The translations under genes were made by a program, and so were the position numbers. The notes below the pieces were generated by a model. It saw nothing but the letters and a program-made list of their open reading frames with translations. It was not told the origin of the DNA and ran no database searches. From Tubiluchus corallicola (lineage: Eukaryota > Animalia > Priapulida), in NCBI GenBank assembly GCA_030141605.1, contig JAQGDQ010000321.1, positions 205,956 to 269,955 of the forward strand: a stretch of 64,000 nucleotides of DNA. The letters run 5' to 3'. Shown here one piece after another: positions 1 to 15,400 of the stretch; the stretch's first letter is position 1; each line of letters opens with the position of its first letter.

Positions 1-148
1 TAGCAATTTCTTTATTAAGTATGGGCCCGGGGCGAACGAGGCGGTTCTAGGTTTTTTAAACAGGTAGCGATATTTGACCCAGCTAATGATTTTCAACTTT
101 CCTTTAATAAACGTGTGTGTTTTAAACGTGGTTTCCAGACACAGATAA

Positions 149-723
149 TGTGATATGATTACATAAAACGGGCCTATGAATAACTGCAATGTCCCCTCAA
201 GGCCTGTGGATCTCGTTCGATGGAGTATAAGAGGTGGGCGGGCTAGTCTGTCTGGGCAATGTAAAACTTCTTCTGGACATTTCGAAGTGATTTTCCTCGT
301 GCATCTATACGTCTTGCATATTTCCAAATTCTTTTTCTTGAATGTACTAACTGTATATTTTCGAATGATTTTCATATGCTGTACTTACATGAAAACTTGA
401 GTTCCTATATTAAAACTAAGCGAAAAGACCAAAGCTAATGGGATTAACGGATCATTAATCTCCAAGCTCGACTTGACGACTTGCGAGGATGCAGGAATGG
501 TTGGATTATTGTGTATGGATGGATTTGCGGACTTATATGATTAATTTAAATAGTTATTGAACAACTTAAACTGTTGCATTGGCTTATGGACTGATGCCCA
601 TTGATAACTGTTTCTGACATGAAATCAGTTCTCTGAGTCTGTCAATTAAATAATTAACTACTTGTGTAATCATATTATCGAACTAACTAACTGTATATCT
701 GTCATTAACTAAAGTGTATCACA
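149..723 (+). mobile_element. Possible solo LTR
   Basis: TGTGATA...TATCACA termini, TATAAGA at ~226 and ATTAAA at ~645. No TSD, PBS or PPT was seen. Confidence 0.4.
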
Positions 724-3374
724 TTTTTCCGCACTGTACATAGTTGAAATACTGCGATCAGTAATCGTATTGTAAATAAATAAACTGTATATATAATTTG
801 CTGTCCTATATGCTTATCGCATTTATAAACTTTTGGTTCACATGGATAAGACCGAATGGTTACAAGCATGTATACTATTAGCACGTTAACGATTATCAAT
901 TCTATAAAATTACCCAATAAACACTCGAAATAAACTTTTGCAATTAAGTGAAATACATACTACTTAAACACCATAAGATTTGTGAACATAAAAAATTAGG
1001 GCTTTAAATTAGTGTTCCCCCAATAATTCATTTATGGTGAGAAGTTACCCTTTTTCGTACACTCACATATATGGTCACCACCTTTGTTTGTTTACTTCAG
1101 CCTTTTCTATCTTAGTTGGTTTTTTTACTCACGGTCTCATTTATCGTAGCTAACATCAGCGTTGGTTAGAAAAGTAACCGGTATGTTGATTTGTAGAACG
1201 GGCAGTTAGAATAGTAAACAAACACTGCTAAGTAAGTTGTTTACTAAAAATAAGTGTAGTTTTATGGTGTTATTTAAGCTACGTTATTAATTTAAATTAT
1301 ATATTTTTCAAGGTGTCCTCAAATAAGCAATAAGCATAAGCAGATAAGCATAAACTTCTAAGAAATCTAACAGCTTTGATACTGCATCATGGTGTATGCA
1401 GGACAGGTAAAAAATGAGGGCATTGGGTATGGGCGGTCTCTTTGATGACACAGTGCTGAATATCAACCTGTTTTTTTGACTGCAGACAGTGGTGACAATA
1501 ATAATGTAGGGCAGGTACGTACTTAAGTGTTCTGGAGTGAGCTAGAAAATGGTCCACATTAAGAACGCAATTATGACTAAATTAACTTCGTATAATCGAC
1601 CTGGAAATTGACATGGTCCGCTTTAAAATTATGCAGTAAAAGTTACAAGATAAGGCCCTCACATTTTGGTTTAAACAGCACTTTATTAACAAATTTAATA
1701 TTGCCTGCATATTTTTACACATTTATTCTTGTGCATGTTTCGTTTTTCAAATACTTTTTGCATAGAAAGTCTGTGACTTAGCATACACCTAGGGACGCTT
1801 TACGCATTGATACGAATAACAAGTCTGACACTAAAAACAAAAGGCATTGTTTAATATTCGTTGAAACACAAAGACATATTATAAAATTTCCGAATCTAAC
1901 AAAGGTATTTAAAAGTTACTTTACAAATTGCTACGCATGTCTTCGTTACAGGTTCAATAATAAAGTTTTTAGTACATTACCAACTGTTTACAATAATAAT
2001 ACACTGTAACTGTACTGAAGAATAATAACAACTGTATGAAAATGTATACTAATACATGTATATAAAACTGTACTAGTTGGTTTCAGTGTAGTTATGTTTA
2101 TTGGTTTTGTATGTAAAACGTAAATGTTTTAATTCCACGGCTGTTTCATATGACTTTTTAAATAACTCATAAAGTTATTAGCTAGTGAAATCTGAATTTC
2201 CAAAATAGATAATGAACTTAATGTGTGGAGGAACGAGATAGCCAGAAAACCAGGAGAGCGAGAGAGAGTCAGAAAAAGAGCGAGAGAGAAAGAATGTGAA
2301 CAAGAAAAAATTTAATCCTGAAGAAAAAAGGTAGAAGGTTGATGTTACAACAAAATTTAACGTTCCCTTTTTCACGATGTACATTTAAATTGTACTACAC
2401 AGTTACTACTATTATTCAATAAGTACAATTATGTTTTGCAAGGTGTAAATTGTTTGTGGTTATGTAACGCTCTCGCGCGGTCGGCTACTGTTCTGCTCCA
2501 GTCGAGCTAAACTTCTACCCTTCGACCCGAAAAAACCGCCACCACTAGACAGTGACGAAAAAGGTAATTATTTTGACCACCGAGTTATTACGAATTTGGC
2601 CCACATGCAGAATTTCAACCGGTTTCTGGGATTAAATTTAACACTTTCTCCTCAACCATTAACGACGCCAATCAAATAGAAATCTGGCGATCATTTAGCG
2701 GCGATGAAATATTTTCCAAAAAGCTAGACGAACCTGTCGGACCGGTTAAAAGTACGAGAAAATGAAATCATACAAAAAAGATGACATATAGTCTGGCATT
2801 TTAAATTGCCCGTGCATGCTGTAGAAAGAAAAACCGGTATTGTTACGCACACCAGACGCGACTAATCGAAACGCGGAAAATCTATACAGCGTGAATAGCC
2901 AGCAGGCAATTATTGGCATTCGGAAAAGAAGAAAAAATTTTGCTCAACTATGGAAGAATGGGCCTAACAAGCCGTGTGCACAAAACTGATGCAAGCTCCT
3001 TTGCATCGCGAATTGAGTTTTCTCGTGGAAAAGGCAAGGATTTCATTTTAAGGAACTGAAAAGAGTTGGAAAGCCCGAAGTCAGTGCATGCAAGAAATAT
3101 AAAGCAAAATTGACAGATTGAAGGCTAGACTGAAAAATATTAATATATTTGCAATGCATTTCTTTATAAAAATATGACCACAATGTTTAGCAAGTTTGAA
3201 AAAAAATTTAAATTTTAGTACACATATTTACACATTGCCAAACCCGCCCCGCCAGATGCTGCTCGCCCAGTTTTTGTACTGAATTCGTACTTCATTTATT
3301 GCAAGTGTGCTATATGTACGTTTGGCTTTGGTATTCTTAAAGCTGCTCACACTACACCTATCCTCAAAGAGATC

Positions 3375-3743
3375 TGTTGTGTTTTGTTTCTCTCGGAAGG
3401 CTCGTAGAGAAATTCAGAAAACACGCCGTCAAATTAAACTAGTTTATTAAGCGAGAATTCTACAACACAAAAGTATGAAGGAACGCGAAATGATTACAGT
3501 AAACGTGAAAATCTGGAAAACGTTTAAGTGTATCTGAAAATGTAAGTATACAAGAGAATGTGTAAGTATGACGTGTGAATCTGCCTGTTCCCTTGTCAGC
3601 GGCCTGCTTCGCCTTATATAGCGCGCCCAAGAAGCTTCCAAAAGTAATGTTCCAGAACATTCCAGACGGTAAGACGATCATTCCAACGGAACATTCTACA
3701 ATGTTCTATGTAATTCTAATAGATGCTAGCGATCTCCACAACA
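3375..3743 (-). mobile_element. Solo LTR of an LTR retrotransposon (369 bp)
   Basis: Perfect terminal inverted TGTTGTG...CACAACA and a 5-bp TSD AGATC at 3370-3374 and 3744-3748. On the minus strand, TATATAA (~3620) is followed by AATAAA (~3445). Confidence 0.85.
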
Positions 3744-4400
3744 AGATCTAAAATTCATTTGTCATAATTCGTAAATTAAAACAGTAATGTGTACAAGTAA
3801 TTTTTGTTAGTTATTATGTACGAATGTGATCAGTATAATGTAATAAATTTATATAAATTTTGTCTTACGTTTATTATGCACTTTACTTGTCGTATGGTGC
3901 TTATGTATAGTATTGTGAACCTTTTGTATTTATGTACGTAAGTGAGTGCACTGGAGTCATTGCTTCTAGTTTTAATTTTTATGCACTAATAGTTTATAGT
4001 TTTGCACCAGACACATTTGCTTTAACAGTGTTTTAATACTGAAAATATTTTTAACACTGAGGATTGTAATTTTATTGTATTCTATTTTATGGCAAATAAA
4101 GTATATGTATGTATGCATGTATGTATATATAGTTCCAATGTAAATCCTAGCAATTGCTGCATTTTTCTCCCATAAAGTTTGCTTCTGGGTTCGAATCCTG
4201 GGTGACTCGCAATTTTTTTGCAGATTTCTTCTTGTACACCTGACTGTTAATTATTTGCCAGTTGAAGCACGCTGCTGCCTGCATTTTAGTTTCCTTACTA
4301 ATGCCCAATAGAAGCTTATAATTAGTTTCTGTTTACTAAGTTACTTGTCACTACTTCTTACTACATGTATTATGTTACTTCTGTCACTTCTTATTCTCAT

Positions 4401-4545
4401 GGATAGCTGGCTCCGACTGCGTGCTAACTAGTACGAAATTTAGCCGTAAACGGCTACAGCGTGTGGTTCAAACCACAGAGTTCTTAGTTCGAATATTGAC
4501 TGATTCACATTTTTCATAACGTTTGCCTAAATTTGACTATTGATA
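4401..4545 (+). repeat. Dispersed tRNA/SINE-like repeat, copy 1
   Basis: Shares TGCGTGCT..CTAG, GTGTGG..AAACCACA, box-B-like GTTCGAAT and AAATTTGA.TATTG with 19596-19765. Confidence 0.5.
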
Positions 4546-5143
4546 CAAGCGGACAAAGAATATTTACCGGTATTTCATTAGCGTTTTTCTTCAGCATAGT
4601 TGAATTATAGCATTCGCTGTACCCCCCTGCTGACGTGCAGTTCACTTGCAGTTGACTGTTCAAACAACAAGATTATGGAGAACCTGACTGTTTTCATAAA
4701 ACTATTCCATTTTTGCTTTCACTAAGAGTAAACATTCAAGGGCGAATCTTCAGCGTGAAAACACGAAACAGAAAGGTACGTCACGTCCCCCAAATAGGCT
4801 AAGTGATTCAAAACAGCAGACACTTTGTCAACAAGCTTGATGATACACGGACATTAAAAGAGGCCACTCGGGACACTAGCCTACAATTTTTTTTGTTGTT
4901 TAATGATGGTACCATATGTTTTCTACATTATACAGTATTCTGCATTCTACATTCTACTTTAAAGTAGACTGCAAATGACTGGAATACATCATTTCCATTA
5001 TTATAGCACAGCTAGAAACGAACTAGTTAAGCGATTATACACGAAATGGACTAAATCTGTTTTAATGGCATACTTTTGCTCAAAGAGGAAGCAGAAGATG
5101 AAGAAAAATTGTAGACAGCAAAGCGTCTAGCGCTGGCGATAGA

Positions 5144-5363
5144 TAAAGCCTAAGTACACTAAAGCGTCCGTGTTCAGAGTCTGGAGGCGAGAAAGAACGT
5201 ATAGCATTGCCAATGGGCGTTGAAACCAAAGATTTTGGACGCTGGAAGCCAGATGCTGGAAGCTCTTTTTGAGCGGTAGCGTCCAGTTATGAGTGAATTC
5301 TATATGCTATACGCAACGATCTAGCAACCACACGCTGGACGCCTTGGTGTGTCATAAGCTTTA
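5144..5363. mobile_element. MITE, PIF/Harbinger-like
   Basis: Imperfect ~26-bp TIRs: TAAAGCCTAAGTACACTAAAGCGTCC versus the reverse complement of the right end, TAAAGCTTATGACACACCAAGGCGTCC. TAA/TTA ends. Confidence 0.6.
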
Positions 5364-6124
5364 CATACAATTTGTTTTAAAGCATTCTGTAATTAAAAAA
5401 ACACTTAAAAATGAATGAACACTGCGAGCTTGTGTTTTACCGCTCATACAAACTTCGTTTTTTGTAATAAAAATAAAACAAATATATATATATATATATA
5501 TAATCAATTGCTATATACAATACGAATGTGTTTTAAATTTTTTATACATTATGCAGAACTTATATTTTTTCTGTAAAGCAGCATATCTAATTATGAAACA
5601 ACACAATGGGCTCAAAAATTGAGAAACTTTAGAGCAAACGCGAACGTCTACATATTCTTCAGTTGCCAGAGAAAATAAAAGATCAAATAGTAGTGGGACA
5701 TTTAAAGTTCTAAATGTACACATTTTTCAATTTTAAAATTTTATTTGGAAAGTTACATTTGATCAAACAGACTAAGCAAAAGTGGAACCCTGCCGAGTTT
5801 AACCCTGCCATTTACTAAAGAAAGTCAAAGCAGGACAGATATGAGTTATGCAGTATTCCTACTACGTATCCTGTTAACAATGTGTATTTATAATGACTAT
5901 GAAATTATTCGTTTGAATCGTTTTCAAAAATCGAGCGTAAATTAGCGCATCGCTTCACCGCCTATAGATAACGCTTAACTGAATGGCGAGAGTTGAACAA
6001 GCAGCGTTTAAACATACCGGCTGCACAACGCCCAGCCTTGAACCTCAATACCGAGCACCTAGTGTTGAATGTTCGTAATCTCAAGTAAATCTATACACCA
6101 AGCATCAACCATTTAGCTTCCAAG

Positions 6125-6470
6125 ATTAAACTATATGTACGCTTAAAATGTGACGCTATTTCACTCCCTACATTGACATTAAATAGTTAACTACTTGAAC
6201 GCTTAAACTCTGGCGCAGTTTCACTCCATGTTTAAAATGTCACGCCTATTTCACTCATCACATTGAGATTAAACTATACGACTAACTTAATGTTTCAACT
6301 ATTTCACTCAAAAAATTAAACTACCCGTATAACTGTATATCCTCTAGCAACTGTGACACTATTACACTCACCACATTGAGATTAAACTACACGTATACAA
6401 CTTAATGTTTTAGCTATTTCACTCCCAAAATTAAAGTACATGTATCAGGTGTGACGACGCTGTTTCACCG
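6125..6470. repeat. Degenerate minisatellite
   Basis: About six irregular units containing CTATTTCACTC, with ACATTGAGATTAAACTA-like blocks in several. Confidence 0.6.
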
Positions 6471-9400
6471 CCAGATTATTTCACAGTCTAAAAATCTCAT
6501 TAGAATAGATTGTCGGTTTTTAGTAGTAATGTAATTGAAGGTACATATTAGCCAACAGTCTTGCTCAACTAAACAAAATCAATGTCTTTTCACATTTTAT
6601 ACAGCCCAATTCGACTTCCAACATTAATACAAACGTTTTGATTATAGACAGTAGTTTTCAATAAAAACTGAAAGAAAAGTAATTTTCGATACAAAGACTA
6701 GATTAGAAAACAGTGATTTCTGAAAGAAGTAGAAAGGCAGGCAATATTAGCGTGCATGGAGAAAGTGAAATGCCATACAATAAAACAAGTTTATAGAGGG
6801 TTGTATAACGTATACATCTGCAATGTCATAAAGTCCTGTATATTCAATGTAATAGTGGAATTCTAAGTAATGCATATTTGCCGGAGTCGGCGTTCGAGGA
6901 AATAGAAGACGTTTTTTTATTCATTCACAAGTTACAATGAACCCTGAACGTCCGGTTTCGGGTTGAGAAAATATTATGGAAAGTAAACCGACTTCGTAGT
7001 GGCCATGCACGATGCATGTGCTACTACTACTACTACCATATTTCTTACTACACAAAGGAAGTAAAAAAAACTTCGGCACGCTTTTGGGCGCAAAGTAAGT
7101 CTAACGAAAAGTTCAAAACTACTGCCTACTTATAAGATAAAACTCAATTACTGTTTCACAATTAGAGACATCGCTTAATATTGCACAACTGCTACTCTCA
7201 TATTGACAAATTGATAACACGTACCAAATTTAATGCAATTTATAAAATTTTCTGTAGCAAATGCAAATCAGATCGAAAATGGCGAGTTACAGTACTTAAC
7301 AAGTAGAATAGCTTAGCTATTTGCTGTGTGCTAACAACTAACATGCACCGGGAGAATAATAATTATATAATTTTGTGAAAATAACTCGCAACTACCTGAA
7401 TATTTTCCCGGCACTGCAGTCGATTGTTGTTGCAATACTCAGTTTTTACAATACTGAGTTTACACTCCGTGTTAAATTAATGCGTGATTGGCTTAGACTA
7501 CTATCATTACATGCTCAATTTTTTCTATAAATTTTATAAATATTGAAACAAAATTTGCTGGTTATCGTATTAATTTATAATGCAAGTTGCAAAAGCGCGG
7601 TGTATACAGAAAATCACGAAAAATTGGTATCTTGAGTTATGGGCATCGTGTTATTTCATCACTGACAGTATCAGGTTTAAAGAAAAATAAGCTTACGACC
7701 AATATTATGTGGCACATGCGATAACTCACTTCCATTTTACTTAAATAGCTTTATAAGAGTCGCAAAACCTTATCTTATTCATCAACGAGTTTCAATTAGC
7801 CAACGCCCTATTCTTATTACGAACGATATAAACTTAGCACTGAACATGCTGCTTCTCGAGGGGGCGTTAGGGTGTCAACCTTCTTCGATGCGTAACATAT
7901 TAAAATGAGAAAAACAGTTAATACACATAGCAGGTAATAGGTAACACGCAGCAATGAAACTTCAAAAACTACAGTACTATCTAAACAAATTATTTTAGTT
8001 AAAAAGTAAACACATATACAATGATCCAAAAATAATCAACACAACTTCCATCCTGAACATCCTCATATAAGAAAAAAGAAATTTCAGTATCTTCATAATC
8101 TTGACCGAAAAATAGAAAAGAATAAGCAGCGTCCTAAATCTTGTTTCTTTATGAAAGAAATATCTAACGATTGACATTTGATAACTTCCAGGCCTTTTCA
8201 TGTTTTATATGCGAAACTCCCACCTTGCTAATGGAAGTGCTTTCACCTGCCGAATGATGACAAGTCACTTTAGTCTGTAGTCTGAAGTCTCACTTTACTC
8301 TGTAGTCTGAACACGGGTTTCCGCATATTCCACGCCCTTAATCGCACGAGTTTTATGTACTCACTCCACCACTGTGGAAAAATCATAAAAAATGAAATGT
8401 GGCACCTAAAAGTAAGCTAGTACTACTGGGAAACTAGGCCGAGATAAAGAAATTAACGTTTTGACTTGTCCTGTCAAGATCTTGCAAATCTACATACACA
8501 GGGCATGTGAGCGATTTTTATCATTTGATACAATTTTTCTCCGCCAGTGAGCGACGATGACCACAAAATTAACAAAAACAGCAACAAGCGTAATAAAAAA
8601 ACCGGATATTTTAAAGAGTAAAGGAATGGCTGACCGCCTATTAACATTAAATCAACAACAGTTCCATTTAGCATGAAGTCGCCAAGTCATTTTCTAAAGC
8701 TAAATAAAAACAAAAAAAGTACTTGAACATCAAAAAAGTTCTTAAATGTTGGGTGTGTATCTTAGCCATCTTCAGCAGTAAGCATAAGTTACAAAAATCC
8801 GCCAACAGCAGAGTCGAACCCGCTACCTGAGCGCATCCATCAAATTACAAATTGATTACCACACGCATATTCACGGCGTGAAGCATTCTAGCGAAGCCAA
8901 TAAGGTTATTCTGACCGGCCGCATCATCCTATACGATGTTAATTTGCTCAGCTTTAATTACCCGTACGCATAAAAACCTGACTTGCTGAAGGTTTTTATC
9001 GTCGACGTTTTGTCATATAGAGATGATTCATTAGACCCCTAGCGCCGCAATGATTAACTATTCATTACGTGGAGAAAGTATGCCCAACAATCTCCCGCAG
9101 CTCTTACGATAATCAGGCAGACGTACAATTAGGACGCAACAAGGCAGACGAAAAGCGAGGAAGCCATATTGAGGCAGTGAGTTTTCAAGAAATACCGACA
9201 TATCCACTAAGCAGTCACTGTTAGTCTATGTTTCGCCTTAATTGTGTACATGAGTCACTAATTTTACTCTTCAGAAAGACAGAATGAGAGCTCCTATAGC
9301 ACGGCCTTGACTTGCATCCGCCCCCGCCTGACGCATGTACTTTCCAACAAGCGAAATTGCTGCTGAACAAATTACATTCTTACCGCCGTGAAGCCAAGCA

Positions 9401-12400
9401 AGGTCAGTAGCCTTGCGAGGCCAGTGCATTCATGGTGGTTGTGGTGGTGGTGGGGGGGGACACATGGGCGCATCGGGCCGCAATGATGGTGAAGCCCAAT
9501 GAGAACATTCAACGGAAAGAGGACTTAGCACTTACATATACGTATATACTACAATAATTATTAAATTTCATGCGTGATTTCTTTTATTTTTATACTGCTT
9601 TTTACTGAATAAAAGATTAGAGTGATTATAACTTTTGAAGACTTAAGTTAGTATGCTACTAAAAATATTAATATTAAAAAAACTCTGTTGCCAACAAATT
9701 AAGCTGACAAAGCAAACAAGCAGACAATTATCACAAATCTCTGCAATTCTTTATTAAACACTATCTTGTACAATACGTACTTTCTCGTTTAAATAACGCC
9801 ATATTGTCAGAGACAAAGCCACCGCGCCCATGTGAGCAGAAAACCTACAGATGACACGTCAAGTTGCTAGATCAGAGTGTCATGTAATCCCATGGCGGCT
9901 GATGACCTATTTGAAGCCATCGTGTAAAGCTGAGCACTAATGGCAGTGAAGCCATAATAGTAGCTAGAGCAGATCTCAATTACGGAATTGGGCAAATTAC
10001 ATAGTAGCCGGAGAGCAGGAGAAAGTAAGTGAAAAGGAGAAAAGGTAACTGCGGCTAATCTGTAGAATCTGACACAAGGAAGACATCTTAAGGAAAATGC
10101 AATGGTGCGCGAGGGATACGCCGCTAATGATGACACAACGTTTTTTATTATCATAAGCAAGAAAATTAGTCAACTTTACGCCGTCTATATCAAAACGGTT
10201 AATATCAAAAAACAGTGACATGTCTAAGACAAGATACCAATAACTTTAATAGAAATGAAAAAATGCATAGACTTATAAATATTTTTTAACTAATTGGAGG
10301 AAAACAGTCAATAATTTTCGGCACTGAATTCTCATTTGTTAGAAAATTAAATTCATATAGTTGTTAGTGCTTTACTAAGTACAACTCTGTTATTCTTCAT
10401 AGCTGCACTAATAATTCCGAAGATAGTAACTTATCTTAGCAGACAACATTGTTTAACCGCCACAAACTTGCTTTTATAAGAGTACGTATGTAAGAGTGCA
10501 AATTAAACTTGTAGATTTGAGAAACTTTGATTAATACACCACAAACAAGCAGCAATGATACAAATAGAAGCTTTTGTAGACTGTACAAGAAGTATTATTT
10601 GTAAAAAACTGCATAAATGTCTCGCAAAACCTATAAGGAATTTACCAGGTGTTAGAATTTTCGCTTCCTGGAGAAGGAAAAACGCAATGACTTATACAAC
10701 TACAGCATTCAATTAAGAAAAAATTACAGGAAGACAGAAAATAGTTCTGCCAGACAGAAAAATTTCTACAGATAAGTATGCAACTATGATTGCTGGAAAG
10801 GCTTTTTAACGACAAACTTGTTTGTATACCGGACTATTTAACAAAAAAACAAAAACACACGAAATTTCCTCGCAAAATATCAGAGGCGCCCGCCTTTCCC
10901 AGTTCTGCAAGGTTTGCAACGCTTGTTAATGGGAATCATTGAGCAACTATTTTAGTCAATAGCGGAAATCTGTAAAAATGTATAAAAATCGCATAGTATG
11001 CGAAGCATGGCTTTACGTGCGATTTCAATCAAATGTTGTGACTTGGAGTTTTCTTCTTTGTGAAAGTAAAAACTGGGTTTGTCGACCAGTAAATGTATGC
11101 ATGTGACATGAGGGTACACATTCCAGACCACTGCAGTAGTAAAACCGCGAACAATCGACGAACAGAACTCGGACTGCCTACTGTCAATATACGAGTCCAG
11201 TAAAACTGGTCCAGAACAAACACTGGAAAATAAGAACAACATCGCAAACACTCAAAATCCCGACAAGTGGCCCAGCTTGTGATCAACGGTTGGGAAAAGG
11301 AGGAATTTTGCCTGGGACCCAGGTGTCCCTAGACGACGAATGAATAATATTGAACTTACATAAACACTATAAAAAGTTTATTTTAAATATCCATTATAAA
11401 AAAGTAAACGGGTATATTTGACTTTTTAACGTTCAAGTCATGTCGAATAACATGCAATAAAAACAAGTCAAGCACCAAATGTAAGGCATGAAAATAGGTT
11501 ATAGTCACATGTGTGTTTGGAAGGTCTATTTATTCATTTTCAATAAAAAACTATTGAATCGCTCACGGCAGAATAAGCTGGCGGGGAGCAAATGAATCCA
11601 TGGAATAAACTATTTAATATACTGCACAGAGACTAGGAGTGTTCCGACTGTTTGAAACCGCCACGAGTAATTAACGATGATGGTACAGTAGCCGAGCATG
11701 TGAATGGACGTCATTAGGACAGCCTAGCTTTGTAAGCAAACAGACCCCGTTTCATTCCTGACAATTCCAAACAAACTTTCTCTCTGCTTCATATGGGAAA
11801 CATCGCATGGGGCGCATGCGAGGTATCAGATTCTTTCCACACAGACCATCATCCACGTCCGGTTCCAATCTGTAAATCTGGAGGCAGATCACAAGGAAGA
11901 GATACATTCTTCCCGAAACATGGAATAATTCCCAAAAATTTGAGGATGAGTGTATGGATTTATGATCATTTCTGCCAATACACTTACTGTATCATATCAT
12001 TTAGCGATTTTAATATTCAGTCTCTTAATAACTATATATAAAAAAGTTTGGCCTTAACAAACGTTTAAATTTTTTCACTTTTACTGCATCCTGTTTTTTT
12101 CATTTCGTGCCTAAAAATACAATGTAGTTGTGAAAGTAGAGAAACTGTTTTTGTTTTGTAAACTGCCTGCTTATTTCAAATTTCAGAAAAAGTTTGCAAA
12201 CGTTAAATATCTCTACTCGTCTACGGTACATGTACTGAAAACAGATCTGCTGTGTTTTGCGTGATGCTAAGAAAACGCGTGTTCTTGTGGTATAATAAAT
12301 ATTACTCGGCAACGCGTTGAATGCCAACACTGGTCTATGCCCGCTGTATAGCGCTTGTTATCGATCTACACGCTTCATGCACTCAGCAGCCGTGTCAATG

Positions 12401-15400
12401 CCCTCTCACCACGACCAGCCCTGACTGCTATTTTCAGACGCCTCGGCAAGCAAAGCAACCCCAAGAGAGTCCCGAGCCAAAGTGCAATTAATCTTGGACA
12501 GTCCAAGCAAGGATGAGTTGAGGCTAGCATGACCTCGAAAAATCTTCATCGAATTTGCATATATATGTGAGGGTTGTGACTGATGAAAAGAGAAAGTGCC
12601 CCTTAAGATAAGAGCAAAGATCGCAGAAGAGATAACGGCACAAGAAGTATCAAGTAGAAATCCGATTTTTTTGTTAAATGAGCTTGAGTAGCGTACTCAC
12701 AAGGGCAAAAAAAGTAGAAAATAATTTGGAAAAATACCAAAGCGAAATCAAATCAAAGTTTTTCAGAGATTCGTAATTGAGAAAGTCGATAAAACAAAGG
12801 TAAAATCCGACCAGTCTCAAAACGCAAAAATAGAAAATTCTAGAAAGAATAATCAAAACTCCCCACCCTCCATCCATTTCGCTCATTGAAAAGTACTAAC
12901 AAGAACAGTTACTTTGATCATCCAAAAGTTTGCTTAATGATTTTATTATTGAAATTTCGAAACACGATTTGCAATGGTTGTGAATTACAAAAAAAAGAGT
13001 TAAACTGACCTTCCCCTCCTCCATGCAATTATCAGTAGTGCGATATTAGTTTAGACTAAATTAATACGAAATGTCTAGCGATAAGAAGACCTAAATTTAG
13101 AAGAGTCATCTTACACTCATCTGGCATTGAGCCGAGGGCCCTGGTTCAAATTCCTTCTCCAGATTTTTTGACACACCTTCCTTCTGGTCAAGTCCGATGC
13201 AAACAAAATTAATAACTGGCTTAGTCAATCATTATTCGAATTTGGTTCAGGACTGTACATTCACCAAAATAGTGCAAAAAGATAAAAAGCAGATGGAAGA
13301 CAGTGAAACAAAGAACGGCTGTTAGAAAATAACTCTATTCACTGGCTTGTCATATATGACTAATGCTACCGGAAAACCGTCAAAGTAAGATGCCACAAAT
13401 CTTTTATCAAGTAGAGGACGCTGATCAGAAACATTCCTCTGCTCCCACCTAAAAGAACAACTTTCAAAAATGTGACAATGTTTAACTTATGAAGCCAGAC
13501 CTGTTGAAAAAAGCAGTAAGACAAAACATGGCTCCATGTGGTTCAAGTTGGCTTAAGCTTTTAATGTCGTATTCTATTTCATAGTGGTGCTCGTGGGTCT
13601 TTTTTGATTAATTTTTTGTGAGAAAACACAGATGTCAAAACCCGGGAACAGATGAGTATCATAAACGGAGAAGTCTCGTCCTAACTGCACTTAGAAATCA
13701 ATCGCAAATTTACAAAATCGCACTAGCAGGAGAGACAGATGTAACCAAACGAACTACTGAGAGGAAGTTTAAACCTATGTACAAAGACATTTCACCACAC
13801 TTGCAAACAGTTCAGAAAGGAGAGACTAGGCACTCCTAGTAATTTACAATTAGATTATTTTGTGCACGGTTGTATAATGATGAGTCGTAAAAGCGATCCA
13901 TTGGCGGGCCCAAACCAACCATAATTATGATAACTCTCCAACCATGGTCCTACGACTTCCTCCCATGTGGTCATCAGGCCACCAAACAATACTTAATTTC
14001 ACACTTCTGCCGGCCAGACGGATAAGTACGTCATTTTTGCCTTATTTTTCAGACAGGCCTGCATAGTATACACAGAAAATGATACTCATTATTTGCACGT
14101 CTATTTTAATCAAAGCTACGGATATACTTTTGAATACACACAGCCAGACAGCTCAAAGAAGCTCAAGGACAAACTCTTTACCTCTTTCCCACTCAGCAAA
14201 CATCGTTAAACGGCCGACTTTGAGATTGGGAATGTGTGGGCGGTTACAACAGGAACAAGAGTCAGCTGTATGGGATTTAGACAGACGCTTTGAAAGACAA
14301 CTTAGCATTTCACTTTAACAAGAAAGTTGGCAATTAGAACCATTCGTGATCATGATACATGCCGTCTTTACACTAGTAACAGAATTGTACTGTGATTTAC
14401 ACATTTTTTCACCAATCACCAGTCGGTCCCAAACAAAATTTTTTTCACCAATCACTAGTGGTCCCAGACAAAACGGCCCAGAGGCAGGCTTCTCCACGAC
14501 TTAGGCAAAAAATATAGACAAGTCAGTTATTATTTAAAAACAAGTTAGTTATTATTTAAGCCATAAAGACGCTTACAATGACCTTTTCCATGCAAATATA
14601 ATGCAGTTCCAGTGTGAAAAGTGACAACGACTCGGTTAAGCTGTCTTTTTACAATCAAATTTTTATGATTGCCATTGATTAGGGGACGCCGTTTAATTCC
14701 GTAGCGTCATGCAAGCTAAATGCAATGAACCATGTTCACATCGTTTGACACCTCAGCTGCATTAAAGACATTATCTTTTGGTGCTGCCGTTGTCTGTGCT
14801 CACATAAAATCATCATTATGCTGTTTCCCTTGAATATTCGTCATGCAGCTGAGTTATGTGATCTTCGCGCAAGCATTGTTATTTGATGATCTATAAAAAA
14901 TTCCTTTTACATATTTTGAAGAACTTTGTGCACTACAAAATTAAGGCAAAATGTAACCGTCATAACGACTAGGTTAACAAGAGCTGAGAAATTACAAATT
15001 TCAACAACATCCAACCGCTTTCAAGGTCACAATTAAGGTAACACAGCTCCAAGTTCTGACCTGTTTCATTTACCTTGGCTCTCCATTGACACGACCTTAG
15101 ATGCGGACAATCAAGGGCTTGGAAGGTCGTTATAAAAAACATCCAGATGGTAACACACTCGGAGCCTTCACTATACTCTTGAGAGTATCACTTTGGGAGC
15201 GGGTCCGAGGAATAGGAATAGTAAAACTTGTTGCTCATGAAAATGCCCTTATTATAAATTACGAACCACAAATATCAATCACACATAACTATCATTTACC
15301 GATCCATATTTACTCGTCGTTCGGAGATAAGCCTTAGTATAGTAACCGGAGTTGGACGCATGGTATGTTTCCAGGACATACATGCTTTGACTTGTCTAGG

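Noticed and set aside
4176-4220. tRNA gene (GGTTCGAATCC); similar boxes at ~8815 and ~13143
   Set aside because: Only box-B-like motifs, and no cloverleaf could be built. Probably SINE or transposon fragments.
10952-11286. hAT transposase dimerisation-domain remnant (HLIEIARK)
   Set aside because: Similarity is too short and the conserved downstream SxxxER motif is missing.
11700-12040. Additional ABCC exon or transposase fragment
   Set aside because: Manual translation of both strands gave no recognisable motif.
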